Assembly (NCBI GenBank): GCA_002269645.1
Contig: NIVC01001569.1
Coordinates: 186,001-250,000, forward strand
Length of the DNA: 64,000 bases
Origin: Macrostomum lignano
Lineage: Eukaryota
Direction of reading: 5' to 3'
The notes under the pieces were generated by a model, which was not told where the DNA came from, did no database searches, and saw only the letters and a program-made list of their open reading frames with translations. The translations under genes were made by a program, and so were the position numbers. This document shows positions 11,240-35,324 of this stretch, piece after piece (positions within the stretch are counted from its first letter, which is position 1; every line of letters begins with the position of its first letter).

Positions 11240-14200
11240 ATGACAACAATTAGGACGCTGTTTGTGTTGATTGTCTGTTTCACCATTGCGTGCTCAGCGG
11301 CTGCAGGTGCTGAAGTCAAACTGCAGTTCTACATGCTGCAGATGGAAGAGGTGAGGCTCGAGTACACCCCGTGTGAGCGTGTGTTTGAGTGCGTGCCTGC
11401 GGACAGCATTTTGGCGCGCTTGAATTGTGCTCAGGAGACTGCGGACTGGGCAGCATGGCCTCAGTGCTGGTTGTGGAACCATGTCGCCGAAGACGTTGCG
11501 GTCAGCTAGCTGGTTGTTGTGTGTGTCTTTGTCTGTGTCTGTGTCTTTGTGTGTGTGTCTTTGTATCTGTGTCTTTGTGTCTGTGTCTTTGTGTCTGTGT
11601 TTTTGTGTCTGTGTCTTTGTGTCTGTGTCTTTGTGTCTGTGTCTTTGTGTCTGTGTCTTTGTGTCTGTGTCTTTGTGTCTGTGTCTTTGTGTCTGTGTCT
11701 TTGTGTCTGTGTCTTTGTGTCTGTGTCTTTGTGTCTGTGTCTTTGTGTCTGTGTCTTTGTGTCTGTGTCTTTGTGTCTGTGTCTTTGTGTCTGTGTCTTT
11801 GTGTCTGTGTCTTTGTGTCTGTGTCTTTGTGTCTGTCTTTGAAGTGTGTGTGTCTATGTATTTGTCTTTGTGTCGCTGTCCCCAATCCCTTTCTGGAATC
11901 AAACCTTGGGCACGGTGGGGTACAGAGCTACTCAGCTAAGTTGATAACAACATACGAAGCCAATTTCCCCATATTCCCAAATCCCCAGTGGAACCAGCGC
12001 GGCATGTCCGGCAAGGTGAAATCCGTGCTGGCCGACGGCTTGAAGTCGTTCTGCTCAGCCAGGCTGCCTCAATGCGGCCTGTCTGTCATCGCAGAACGGT
12101 AAGTAGTAGGGGCTTAGCAACCAAATACTACTGAGGTGGTAGTTATGTGGATCCCCTGAGGTGCATATACGGTTCCCATAGGGTCTATGGCATCCCTGAG
12201 GTCTATATGGCATCCCTGAGGTCTATATGGCATTCCTTAGGTCTATATGGCATCCCTGAGGTCTATATGGCATCCCAGAGGTCTATATGGCATCCCAGAG
12301 GTCTATATGGCATCCCTGAGGTCTATATGGCATCCCAGAGGTCTATATGGCATCCCTGAGGTCTATATGGCATCCCAGAGGTCTATATGGCATCCCTGAG
12401 GTCTATATGGCATCCCAGAGGTCTATATGGCGCCCCGACTTGAGCCTTCAATCTATAGCGTGTCTAAAACTTATTAAACTTGTTCAGTAATTTTGTAATC
12501 AATGTAAAGCATTCCAAAATCCCTCTGCTCACGTCTCCAACCCGCCATCACGTCCAGCAATTTCTCAGCCTCCGACATCCACTTCACTGCCGGCTACCCG
12601 AAAAATTTCAACTCTCGATATCTGGAACTGGCTGTTTACATTGGTTACACCCTTAGCAACGGTTCGTCTGTCAATTTCACGGCCAGCGATGTGACAGGTG
12701 AGTCGCCTTCATAGAATTCACCATCTGCCATTCACCAACGCAGCTCACCACTCACCAAATGCGGCTCCCCATTCACAAACGCAACTCACTATTCTCAAAC
12801 GTAGCTCCCTATTCACCAATGCACCTGTCAATTCCTCAAAGCAGCTCACGTACCATTCCCTACCGTACCTCCTCATTCACCAACATAGCTCCCTATTCAC
12901 CAATCGGGCTTCCCATTCACCAACACAGCTCCTCATTCACCAAAGCGATAGCCCATTGACCAAAGTAGCTCACCATTCACCAACGCAGCTTACCATTTAC
13001 CATCACAGCTCCCCATTCACCACCCCAATTCAGCCATCGTACAGTCGGAACGCACCGCACTGTATAATCAGATCGGCTACTACCTGGTGTACATTGACGG
13101 CACACTTCACAGCATTCCGCCGCCCGCCTTGGTCAACTGGATTGTCGTGTCAATTTTCACTGCCGTCACGGTGGCTCTGGTTGTGTCTGCTCTGGTCTTA
13201 TCTCACCTGCAGTGAGTGCCCAATCTAATATTTCTAGTTTGACAGATTAAAGATAAATTGTTAAACTTGCTAATAAATTTTGTTAAACTAATAACATTAA
13301 TGGAGTTGCGTACGAAAAGACGGCTTGATAAATAAGCGAGTACTGAGCGGATTGTTCGCGTGGTAGGTTGGTAGATTGGTAGGTTGGTAGATTGGTAGGT
13401 TGGTAGATTGGTAGTTTGGTAGATTGGTAGGTTGGTAAATTGGTATGAGAGGTAGGTTGGTAGACTGGTAGGTTGGTAGATTAGTAGCCTGATAGATAAG
13501 TAAGTTGATAGATTGGTAGGTTGATAGATTGGTAGGTTGGTAGATTGGTAGGTTGGTAGATTGGTAGGTTGGTAGATTGGTAGGCTGATAGATTGGTAGG
13601 TTGCTAGATTTGTAGGTTGGTAGATTGGTAGGTAGGTAAATTGGTAGGTTGGTAGATTGGTAAGTTGATAGATTGGTAGGTTGGTAAATTGGTAGGTTGG
13701 TAGATTGGTAGGTTGGTAGATTGGTAGGTTGGTAGATTGGTAGGTTGGTAGATTGGTAGGCTGATAGATTGGTAGGTTGATAGATTTGTAGGTTGGTTGA
13801 TTGGTAGGTTGGTAGATTGGTAGGTTGGTAGATTGGTAGGTTGGTAGATTGGTAAGTTGATAGATTGGTAGGTTGGTAAATTGGTAGGTTGGTAGATTGG
13901 TAGGTTGGTAGATTGGTAGGTTGGTAGATTGGTAGGTTGGTAGATTGGTAGGCTGATAGATTGGTAGGTTGATAGATTTGTAGGTTGGTAAATTGGTAGG
14001 TTGGTAGATTGGTATGAGAGGTAGGTTGGTAGACTGGTAGGTTGGTAGATTAGTAGCCTGATAGATAAGTAAGTTGATAGATTGGTAGGTTAATAGATTG
14101 GTAAGTTGATAGATTGGTAGGTTGGTAGATTGGTAGGTTGGTAGATTGGTAGGTTGGTAGATTGGTAAGTTGATAGATTTGTAGGTTGGTAGATTGGTAG

Positions 14201-16712
14201 GTTGGTAGATTGGTAGGTTGGTAGATTGGTAGGTTGGTAGGTTGGTAGGTTGGTAGATTGGTAGTTTGGTAGATTGGTAGGTTGATAGATTTGTAGGTTG
14301 ATAGATTGGTAGGTTAATAGATTGGTAAGTTGATAGATTGGTAGGTTGGTAGATTGGTAGGTTGGTAGATTGGTAGGTTGGTAGATTGGTAAGTTGATAG
14401 ATTTGTAGGTTGGTAGATTGGTAGGTTGGTAGATTGGTAGGTTGGTAGATTGGTAGGTTGGTAGGTTGGTAGGTTGGTAGATTGGTAGTTTGGTAGATTG
14501 GTAGGTTGATAGATTTGTAGGTTGGTAGATTGGTAGGTTGGTAGATTGGTAGGTTGGTAGATTGGTAGGTTGGTAGGTTGGTAGGTTGGTAGATTGGTAG
14601 TTTGGTAGATTGGTAGGTTGGTAAATTGGTATGAGAGGTAGGTTGGTAGACTGGTAGGTTGGTAGATTAGTAGCCTGATAGATAAGTAAGTTGATAGATT
14701 GGTAGGTTAATAGATTGGTAAGTTGATAGATTGGTAGGTTGGTAGATTGGTAGGTTGGTAGATTGGTAGGTTGGTAGATTGGTAGGTTGGTAGGTTGGTA
14801 GGTTGGTAGATTGGTAGTTTGGTAGATTGGTAGGTTGATAGATTTGTAGGTTGGTAGATTGGTAGGTTGGTAGATTGGTAGTTTGGTAGATTGGTAGTTT
14901 GGTAGGTTGGTAGGTTGGTAGGTTGGTAGTTTGGTAGATTGGTAGGTTGGTAGATTGGTAGGTCAGGTTCACTCATGAATACGGAAATAAGTTATCAGAA
15001 AACTGATTTGAAAACGACGCGCTTTTATCTTGAAAACGCCGCCATCTCACCACCGACGTAAATCCTCCATCGTCATGACAATCAACCACCTTCAAGCTCG
15101 TCAAATCAGTACAAAGTTCAGCGCCAGGCCAAAGAGGACGCTGCCATCCCAATGCAGCAGCAGCAGCAGCAGCAACAGTCCGACACAGCCGTGACTTCCA
15201 CGCCGAGCAAGGCCGCCAAGGAGCCGTTGATGTCGTCCGCTTCGTCGCAGCCGTGCAGCGCCGGCTCAGAGAACGAAGGGTGATCTAGATTGATTCTTAG
15301 AATATTTAGATTGCTTTGTAGATGTTTTTAAATTGTTTTAATTTCCAAATTTGTTTTACCTTTTGAATAGCCGATAAAAATTTCGTGTTAATGATTTTGG
15401 AATTTGGAAATTTTGGAAAAGTAATTTGCTTACTTGCTTTGCTTGGTTTCAATTAAATTTCTGCAAAAGTTCAATTTCTAAGAAAAAGACATTAAAAGTA
15501 CATACTGAACTTAATTTGTCGAACAGTAACGATTAGCAGAATTTTTGGCAGTCAAATTGACGTCTGAGATTTTGCTAATAGAATAAGCTGTAGGCTATCC
15601 TATGGCTTCTCTTCAGACTAACTGGTGATTATTTTCCTATTGCCAAATTCACGTCAAATCCTAATCCCAAATCCCCGATCAGGCTCAGTAGCTAAGAAAA
15701 GAACAATGCACTCTTGGAATATTTCATTTTCTGTATTATTCGCGTGCCAATTTGTCACCCACTGATTTCCACCTCTGCAACACCACACCCCACCTCTGCA
15801 ACACCCCACCCCTCCTCTGCAACACCCCACCCCCCCCCCTCTGCAACACCCCACCAACTCCTCTGCAACACCCCACCCCTCCTCTGCAACACCCTATCCC
15901 ACCTCTGCAACACCCCATCCCTCCTCTGCAACACCCCACCCCTCATCTGCAACACCCTATCCCACCTCTGCAACACCCCACCAACTCCTCTGCAACACCC
16001 CACCCCTCCTCTGCAACACCCTATCCCACCTCTGCAACACCCCACCAACTCCTCTGCAACACCCCACCAACTCCTCTGCAACACCCCACCAACTCCTCTG
16101 CAACACCCCACCAACTCCTCTGCAACACCCCACCAACTCCTCTGCAACACCCCACCAACTCCTCTGCAATACCCACCCACTCCTCTGCAACACCCCACCA
16201 ACTCCTCTGCAACACCCCACCAACTCCTCTGCAACACCCCACCCACTCCTCTGCAGCACCCCACCAACTCCTCTGCAACACCCCACCAACTCCTCTGCAA
16301 CACCCCACCAACTCCTCTGCAACACCCCACCAACTCCTCTGCAACACCCCACCAACTCCTCTGCAACACCCCACCCACTCCTCTGCAGCACCCCACCAAC
16401 TCCTCTGCAACACCCCACCCTCTGCAACACCCCACCCACTCCTCTGCAGCACCCCACCAACTCCTCTGCAACACCCCACCAACTCCTCTGCAACACCCCA
16501 CCCACTCCTCTGCAGCACCCCACCCGCTCCTCTTCATTGGTAGATTCTCCCAGTCTCAGAGCACTGCTGAGCTGCATCAGCGTCAGGAGGCTCAGGAGGA
16601 CGGAACTGGTTGCTATGACAACAGCGGTGACGACTCAAGCGAGCAGCGGCCGCCGGTTGGCTCTGCCGATAATGACAGGCCGTCAGATTCTGCTGTCAAA
16701 GTGGAATGCTAA
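11240..16712 (+). CDS. Uncharacterised type I membrane protein (signal peptide, Cys-rich segment, SEA-like region, TM, polyQ tail); exons 11240-11500, 11926-12098, 12558-12697, 13034-13211, 15097-15283 (or 15097-15279 plus 16544-16712)
   Basis: Hydrophobic leader [23 protein letters not shown]; intron phases match (0, 2, 1, 2, 2); [23 protein letters not shown]; the five-exon form is 939 nt = 312 aa plus stop. Acceptors at 11925 and 15096 are weak. Confidence 0.65.
11516..11845. repeat. 14-bp repeat (gtgtctgtgtcttt), intron 1 of the membrane-protein gene
   Basis: Direct reading. Confidence 0.95.
12150..12435. repeat. 20-bp repeat (gaggtctatatggcatccct), intron 2
   Basis: Direct reading. Confidence 0.95.
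13363..14965. repeat. 16-bp repeat (ggtagattggtaggtt) with higher-order blocks of about 600 bp, intron 4
   Basis: Marker block tatgagaggtagg...tagtagcctgatagataag recurs near 13444, 14013 and 14630. Confidence 0.95.
15770..16525. repeat. 22-bp repeat (ctctgcaacaccccaccaactc)
   Basis: Direct reading. Confidence 0.95.
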
Positions 16713-16799
16713 GATAAGAGATCGGATGTGGAAGGTGATTGAGTACTGGGCGAGAGTGACACAGTGAGTGCTAGAATTACAGAAAGTGACGGAGATCTC

Positions 16800-17560
16800 T
16801 AGGCCAAAGTGACAGAGACTGACAGAGTTCCAGAGTTCCAGAGTGACAGAATGACAGAGTGACAGAGTGACAGAGTGACGGAGTGCCAGAGAGTGACAGA
16901 GAGTGACAGAATACCAAAGTGACAGAGAGTGACAGAGTGACAGAGTGCCAGAGAGTGACAGAGAGTGACAGAGTACCAAAGTGACAGAGAGTGATAGAGT
17001 GACAGAGTGCCAGAGTGACAGAGTGCCAGAGAGTGCCAGAGAGTGACAGAGTGACAGAGTGACAGAGTGACAGAGTGACAGAGAGTGACAGAGTACCAAA
17101 ATGACAGAGAGTGACAGAGTGCCAGAGAGTGACGGAGTGACAGTACCAAAGTGACAGAGAGTGACAGAGTGACAGAGTGCCAGAGAGTGACGGAGTGCCA
17201 GAGTGACAGAGTGACGGAGTGCCAGAGAGTGACAGAGTGCCAGAGTGTCAGAGTGACGGAGTGCCAGAGTGACAGAGTGACGGAGTTCCAGAGTGACAGA
17301 GTGTCAGAGAGTGACGGAGTGCCAGAGTTCCAGAGTGACGGTGTGCCAGAGTGACAGAGTGACAGAGTGACAAAATGACAGAGTTCTAGAGTTCCAGAGT
17401 GACAGAGTGCCAGAGAGTGACAGAGTACCAAAGTGACAGAGAGTGACAGAGAGTGACAGAATGACAGAGTGACAGAGTGCCAGAGAGTGACAGAGTACCA
17501 AAGTGACAGAGAGTGACATAGTGACAGTGTGCCTGAGTGCCTGAGTGCCTCAGAAAGAGT
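16800..17560. repeat. gagtgaca/gagtgcca-based short-unit array
   Basis: Direct reading. Confidence 0.9.
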
Positions 17561-18420
17561 GACACAGGGTGTGACTGACAGAGTTAAGGCAGCGAGAGAA
17601 GGCTGAGTGCCTGGAGTTAACTATTTTTTGTCTCTTTTAGGCAAATTTATTATCAAAAACTCGTTGAAGATGCTCGTAACTCTTAAAAAAATTTCATTGT
17701 GACGAATCACATATTCTTCTGATTTCATGCTCGCCGTTTTTCTCAATATTATTTATTCAACGATTATTTAAAAGAAATTTTAACCGTTACTTGTTGAGTC
17801 ATCTTTTTCTATTCAGATTCGTACACAATAATATTTATTATCAATTAAGATAAGCGAACCTCTGTTTTGCAGCCAGTGTCTATTTTTGTTTCAATTCTCT
17901 ACAAAAATCTACGCAATAACCAGTCCAGTTTAAAATCACTTCAATCGTCGCTGATGCAGCTGAGGTCGCTATATTTCCTAGAAAAATGCTGTTTAAAGTA
18001 GAATTATAACAAACTGCCTTTTGTGATTAAATTCCGATTTCTACGAGCCTACACCTAATTCCTAAATAGTAATTGTTCAGACCATATATTCCTCGTAGAT
18101 TAACTAGATGGGCCTCTCAGCAAATTTGCGTGCAAGCTACTTTCAGTTCAGTAGTTGGTTAAACTGAGGCATTGTAATGTATTTTTTTAAAGACAAGGCT
18201 CATTTATTGGCTTATTCCCCCAAGCTTAGCCCTCAAACTCCACACAGAACCTCCACCCGGCCCCGCTACCCAACTTTTATTACCTTCCTTAGTTATTCCA
18301 GCCTAAAGCTGCCATGTACACTTCAGCGGCCAATGTACATTATGGCTGAACCAATTAGCAAGCTGGTTTACGCCTGCAAGCTTGGGCTTCTAAAATTATC
18401 AAGTCATACTATTTTATAAA

Positions 18421-18640
18421 ATCTCCATATACTAAAAATGGTCTGTTGGTATGTGTGTGATCGATTTTAGCAAAAACGGCTCAACCGATTTTATTCGAAC
18501 TTGCACCATTCGATCAGAAAATTTTCCGTGACGGTACATGCATCGTGGCTAAGAAATTGCTCGATGCTAAAGGGATTAAATATTCGAAAAACATGCTTTT
18601 TTGCAAAGGTCAAGCAGCTATTTCGACTTGAAACGCACTG
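18421..18640 (+). mobile_element. Helitron-like (DINE-1/HINE-type) non-autonomous repeat head; related copies at 44201-44420, 44591-44790 and on the - strand ending at 31478
   Basis: Shared start atc...tata(c)taaaaat, a tgtctg/tgtgtg tract, the ggctcaaccgattt motif and gggattaaatattc(g)aaaaac. The family assignment rests on motif resemblance only. Confidence 0.5.
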
Positions 18641-18953
18641 TAAAAATGCTAGAGAAAAAACTGACTGGTTGAATTCTGATTCTGAAATAGATTGCATCAC
18701 AATACACTTTATTTATCGTCTGTGTACTGGCTGAATTTGACACTCAATTGAATTGCGTCACAGCTTTGAGTGTGAAAGTATAGTGCAGTACTGAATTTAT
18801 ATTACGTAACCATATTGTTAGCTTTCATAGACACTGGTACTGACTTGCCTAAGAAATTGATTATGTCATAACTGCTTCGCGTGACTTTTTACTCTACCTG
18901 ACTTGGTGTGAGTGTTGAATTATATAAGTGGTACAAATTCACTGATAACTTCA

Positions 18954-19013
18954 ATGAGAGCTAGCCTAGAGCTGAGCAGACCAGACTGCTAATGCAGCGA
19001 CCTGGGTTCGAAT
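18954..19013 (+). pseudogene. Truncated tRNA-Ser(GCT)-like segment; further copies at 21361-21421 and 45507-45566
   Basis: tagcctagag(g) A-box-like motif, ctgctaa anticodon-loop motif and ggttcgaat B box; no 3' acceptor strand. Confidence 0.5.
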
Positions 19014-19084
19014 GTAAGTAGTTTAAAAGTATTAGTGTAAAATTTTTTATTAAAAGCTTTTATTAAAGGACTAAATAAAAACAC

Positions 19085-21117
19085 TTAGATTACTGCACTC
19101 GATAAGCTAAGGATTATTGCTCTTGGCAAACCAAGGAATACTGCACTCGATAAGCCAAGGATTATTGCTCTTGGCAAACCAAGGATTACTGCACTCGATA
19201 AGCCAAGGATTATTGCTCTTAATAAACCAAGGATTACTGCACTTGGAAAACTAAGGATTACTGCACTCGATAAACTTAGGATTATTGCTCTTGGCAAACC
19301 AAGGATTACTGCACTCGATAAACCAAGGATTATTGCACTTGATAAACCAAGGATTATTGCACTTGATAAACCAAGGATTATTGCTCTTGGCAAACCAAGG
19401 AATACTGCACTCGATAAGCCAAGGATTATTGCTATTAATAAACCAAGGATTACTGCACTCAATAAACCAAGGACTATTGCTATTAATAAACCAAGGATTA
19501 CTGCACTCAATAAACCAAGGACTATTGCTCTTGGCAAACCAAGGATTACTGCACTCGATAAGCCAAGGACTATTGCTCTTGGCAAACCAAGGATTACTGC
19601 ACTCGATAAGCCATGGATTATTGCTATTAATAAACCAAGGATTACTGCACTCGATAAGCCAAGGATTATTGCTATTAATAAACCAAGGATTACTGCACTC
19701 GATAAGCCAAGGATTATTGCTATTAATAAACCAAGGATTACTGCACTCGATAAGCCAAGGATTATTGCTATTAATAAACCAAGGATTACTGCACTCGATA
19801 AGCCAAGGATTATTGCTCTTGGCAAACCAAGGATTACTGCACTCGATAAACCAAGGACTATTGCTATTAATAAACCAAGGATTACTGCACTCGATAAGCC
19901 AAGGATTATTGCTATTAATAAACCAAGGATTACTGCACTCGATAAGCCAAGGATTATTGCTATTAATAAACCAAGGATTACTGCACTCAATAAACCAAGG
20001 ACTATTGCTCTTGGCAAACCAAGGATTACTGCACTCGATAAGCCAAGGATTATTGCTATTAATAAACCAAGGATTACTGCACTCGATAAGCCAAGGATTA
20101 TTGCTATTAATAAACCAAGGATTACTGCACTCGATAAGCCAAGGATTATTGCTATTAATAAACCAAGGATTGCTGCACTCGATAAGCCAAGGATTATTGC
20201 TATTAATAAACCAAGGATTACTGCACTCGATAAGCCAAGGATTATTGCTATTAATAAACCAAGGATTGCTGCACTCGATAAGCCAAGGATTATTGCTATT
20301 AATAAACCAAGGATTACTGCACTCGATAAGCCAAGGATTATTGCTATTAATAAACCAAGGATTGCTGCACTCGATAAGCCAAGGATTATTGCTATTAATA
20401 AACCAAGGATTGCTGCACTCGATAAGCCAAGGATTATTGCTATTAATAAACCAAGGATTACTGCACTCGATAAGCCATGGATTATTGCTATTAATAAACC
20501 AAGGATTACTGCACTCGATAAGCCAAGGATTATTGCTATTAATAAACCAAGGATTACTGCACTCGATAAGCCAAGGATTATTGCTATTAATAAACCAAGG
20601 ATTGCTGCACTCGATAAGCCAAGGATTATTGCTATTAATAAACCAAGGATTGCTGCACTCGATAAGCCAAGGATTATTGCTATTAATAAACCAAGGATTA
20701 CTGCACTCGATAAGCCATGGATTATTGCTATTAATAAACCAAGGATTGCTGCACTCGATAAGCCAAGGATTATTGCTATTAATAAACCAAGGATTGCTGC
20801 ACTCGATAAGCCAAGGATTATTGCTATTAATAAACCAAGGATTACTGCACTCGATAAGCCAAGGATTATTGCTATTAATAAACCAAGGATTACTGCACTC
20901 GATAAGCCAAGGATTATTGCTATTAATAAACCAAGGATTACTGCACTCGATAAGCCAAGGATTATTGCTATTAATAAACCAAGGATTACTGCACTCGATA
21001 AGCCAAGGATTATTGCTATTAATAAACCAAGGATTACTGCACTCGATAAGCCATGGATTATTGCTATTAATAAACCAAGGATTACTGCACTCGATAGCCA
21101 AGGATTACTGCGCTTGA
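19085..21117. repeat. 24-bp monomer / 48-bp dimer satellite (aaccaaggattactgcactcgata + agccaaggattattgctattaata)
   Basis: Direct reading; explains the 310-616 aa pseudo-ORFs. Confidence 0.97.
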
Positions 21118-22654
21118 TAAGCTTGGCTACATGTATAGGATTATTTCTATCCAGGGATGCTTGCTATTTAGGGATTCTTGCTATGTGCAGGATGCTTGCT
21201 ATCTGGAAGGATGCTTCTACATTATTTGGGGTATGCTTGCTATCTGCAAGATGCTTGCTATCTGGGTGGATGCTTGCTAGGAGTATTAGGGGATGCTTGC
21301 TACTGGGGGATGCTTGCTGTCTTGGGAATATTTTCTATTTAGGGGTAATGACTAAAATTCATGAGAGCTAGCCTAGAGGTAAACAGACTAAACTGCTAAA
21401 TGCAGGGACGATGGTTCGAATTTTTAGAGAGTAGAGTTTTTTTAATTAAAGCTTTTTAACGCCAAGACAAAAAAAATTAGGGTTAGGGTTAGGGTTAGAA
21501 AGTAGACAGATTTTTTAAGATTTCAAGGCTTATGGGAGCATCGCTGAGATGTCAAGGGGGAGTTGATATGTTAAGGCTTGTGGGGGGGATTGCTGACATG
21601 TCAAGGCTTACACGGGTACTGGTAGCGTACTGAAGCATACTGGTAGAAGTAGCTCTGAAAGAAGGCAAGTATGGTTGAATTTCAATGTCTGTTATAAAAT
21701 TCTGCACAAACATGTTTTATTGGTACATAAGCCTGGAATTAAAATGAGAAATCGATTCCTAGCCCCCCTCCCTAAGAATTTTTTTTCATTTTAAAGGATT
21801 CGTCCCTTGCTTATTGGCCACCCCGAAGGGGGGCGCTAGATTGCTAGTAGCTTCTGTATTCTTCTTTGCAATATACTCCTGAGTGGGTCATCTTGTTTTT
21901 TAGAATCTGTGGTTCAGACCCACCTTCTACTGTTCAACTGCACCTATTTAAAATAGCTATTTTTGTAGAAGATTTTTGCTTTGATTTTTTTCAAAAATAT
22001 ACAAATCGATTCATAATACTTACAGTAGCTGAACTCTGGAAAAATTTAATATGAATTGTTTATTTTAAAAGTACAGTGGCGATTAAGCAGAATTCGGTGG
22101 CGCGGTTGGCTCATGCAGTCTAATTATAGAAACTGAGCGTCGGTCGAGCGCACTTGCTGCAGCTTCAATCGAACCTGCGCTGATTTAATAAATAAACTCG
22201 ACTCTTTTTAACGGTGTGGCATCAAAGACGATTTGAGAAAGAAAATTGACAAAAAATCTGGCCGAGGCTTGACAGCTGACAGCTAGACTGACCAAACAGT
22301 TGTATGCTTAGTTAACTTGTTATGCATTGCCGCCCACTTTCTGTCTCTGCCACCAAATTTCATGCTTTCCATTGAGACTGCTGGTTGCAGCGGCGCTGCA
22401 AGATGTGCTGCCTCAATACTTGCTCGTGCTCTGCTATCAATACTTTGCCAGGGTAAGAAGTGACTGCTGAATGCAGCTGCGAATTTCTTGAGGCCGAACT
22501 GACCAATGACAGTTTGAAGTGGCCATGCATTGTTCCTGCCGCCTGCTGCTGTCTGCCGCTGCACACTCTCTGCGTTTCCGACACTGCAGTCGCCTCAGGA
22601 AGGCTTTTTTGAGACCGTTCTCTAGAAACCTAACATATGCATATCTGTTTGTGT

Positions 22655-23196
<542 letters not shown>

Positions 23197-24102
23197 CTCT
23201 CACACTAAGATGGAGTGTCTATTTGTGTCGAACATGATAAGTATCTCTTAAGAAAGCGACAGTAGCAGTCAGGAAATCCCCTGGGGGAGGCAGTGAGCTA
23301 GCAAGGCAAACTCTAGGTGGAAAATGAGACTTTGATGACGGAAGCTGGATGAGAAGTTGATCGAGACCTACAAAAAATCGAAATTGAAAAGCCTGGCGAA
23401 GGCGGCGCATTCGTGTGATTGCATTTCTTCGGAGAGTGCGCTCAGCAGTGAGGCAGTATGCTAACCGCATTTAGCCACACTGAAGGCGCTCTCTTGCCAC
23501 CCCGACCTCGCAGTTGTTGAAATATTTGAAACCTGCATGGAAGCTGATTTTCTTATGCTGCATAATTAAAACCTTATCTCATCCATTAGCTGCCACTGGA
23601 ATGCAAGAAAGACGTCCCACTACTAGCAAAATTCTTTAAGCTTTACTTGGGCAGAGCTGCAGACCAAGTGGACACGCTGCTATTATTCTACAGAACTTGT
23701 TGCTTATCTCTGTGCACAATGAACCAATTTTGTGTTTTTGAGTAGCTGGAATTGTATAATTTATTCTGTCCCAATTGTAGTTTCGATGCTGCACGAGTCT
23801 GCAGCAGCATTGGCTCAGTTTTACAAGCCTTGCAACAATAACCTCTAGCTGTTCCTGTGAGTCCAACTCGCGTTAGTTATAAACTGGAAATGCATCATTT
23901 GTGCCAGCCAATCCTACTGGCGCCTCATCTTTTTTTTATTTCTCTAGATGAGAGGCCAACCAAAGCCAGACTTGAGAGAACTTAAAAAGCACTGAAGCAA
24001 GTGCAACGCAAGTGACCTAGAAAGTAGGTTGTTCCACAATAACAACAGCATACTCTAATTTGCTTTAAAGTGAAAAAAATTTAAAGCTTTAATCTGGATA
24101 AA

Positions 24103-35324
<11,222 letters not shown>

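Noticed and set aside
19085-21117. ORFs of 310-616 aa with repeated peptides
   Set aside because: A 24/48-bp unit divisible by 3 produces stop-free frames on both strands; this is satellite, not gene.
23210-23251. Alternative AP-2 start exon (ATGGAGTGT...ATAA|GTATCT)
   Set aside because: The donor would be phase 1, incompatible with the phase-0 acceptor at 24217; 24103-24120 fits better.
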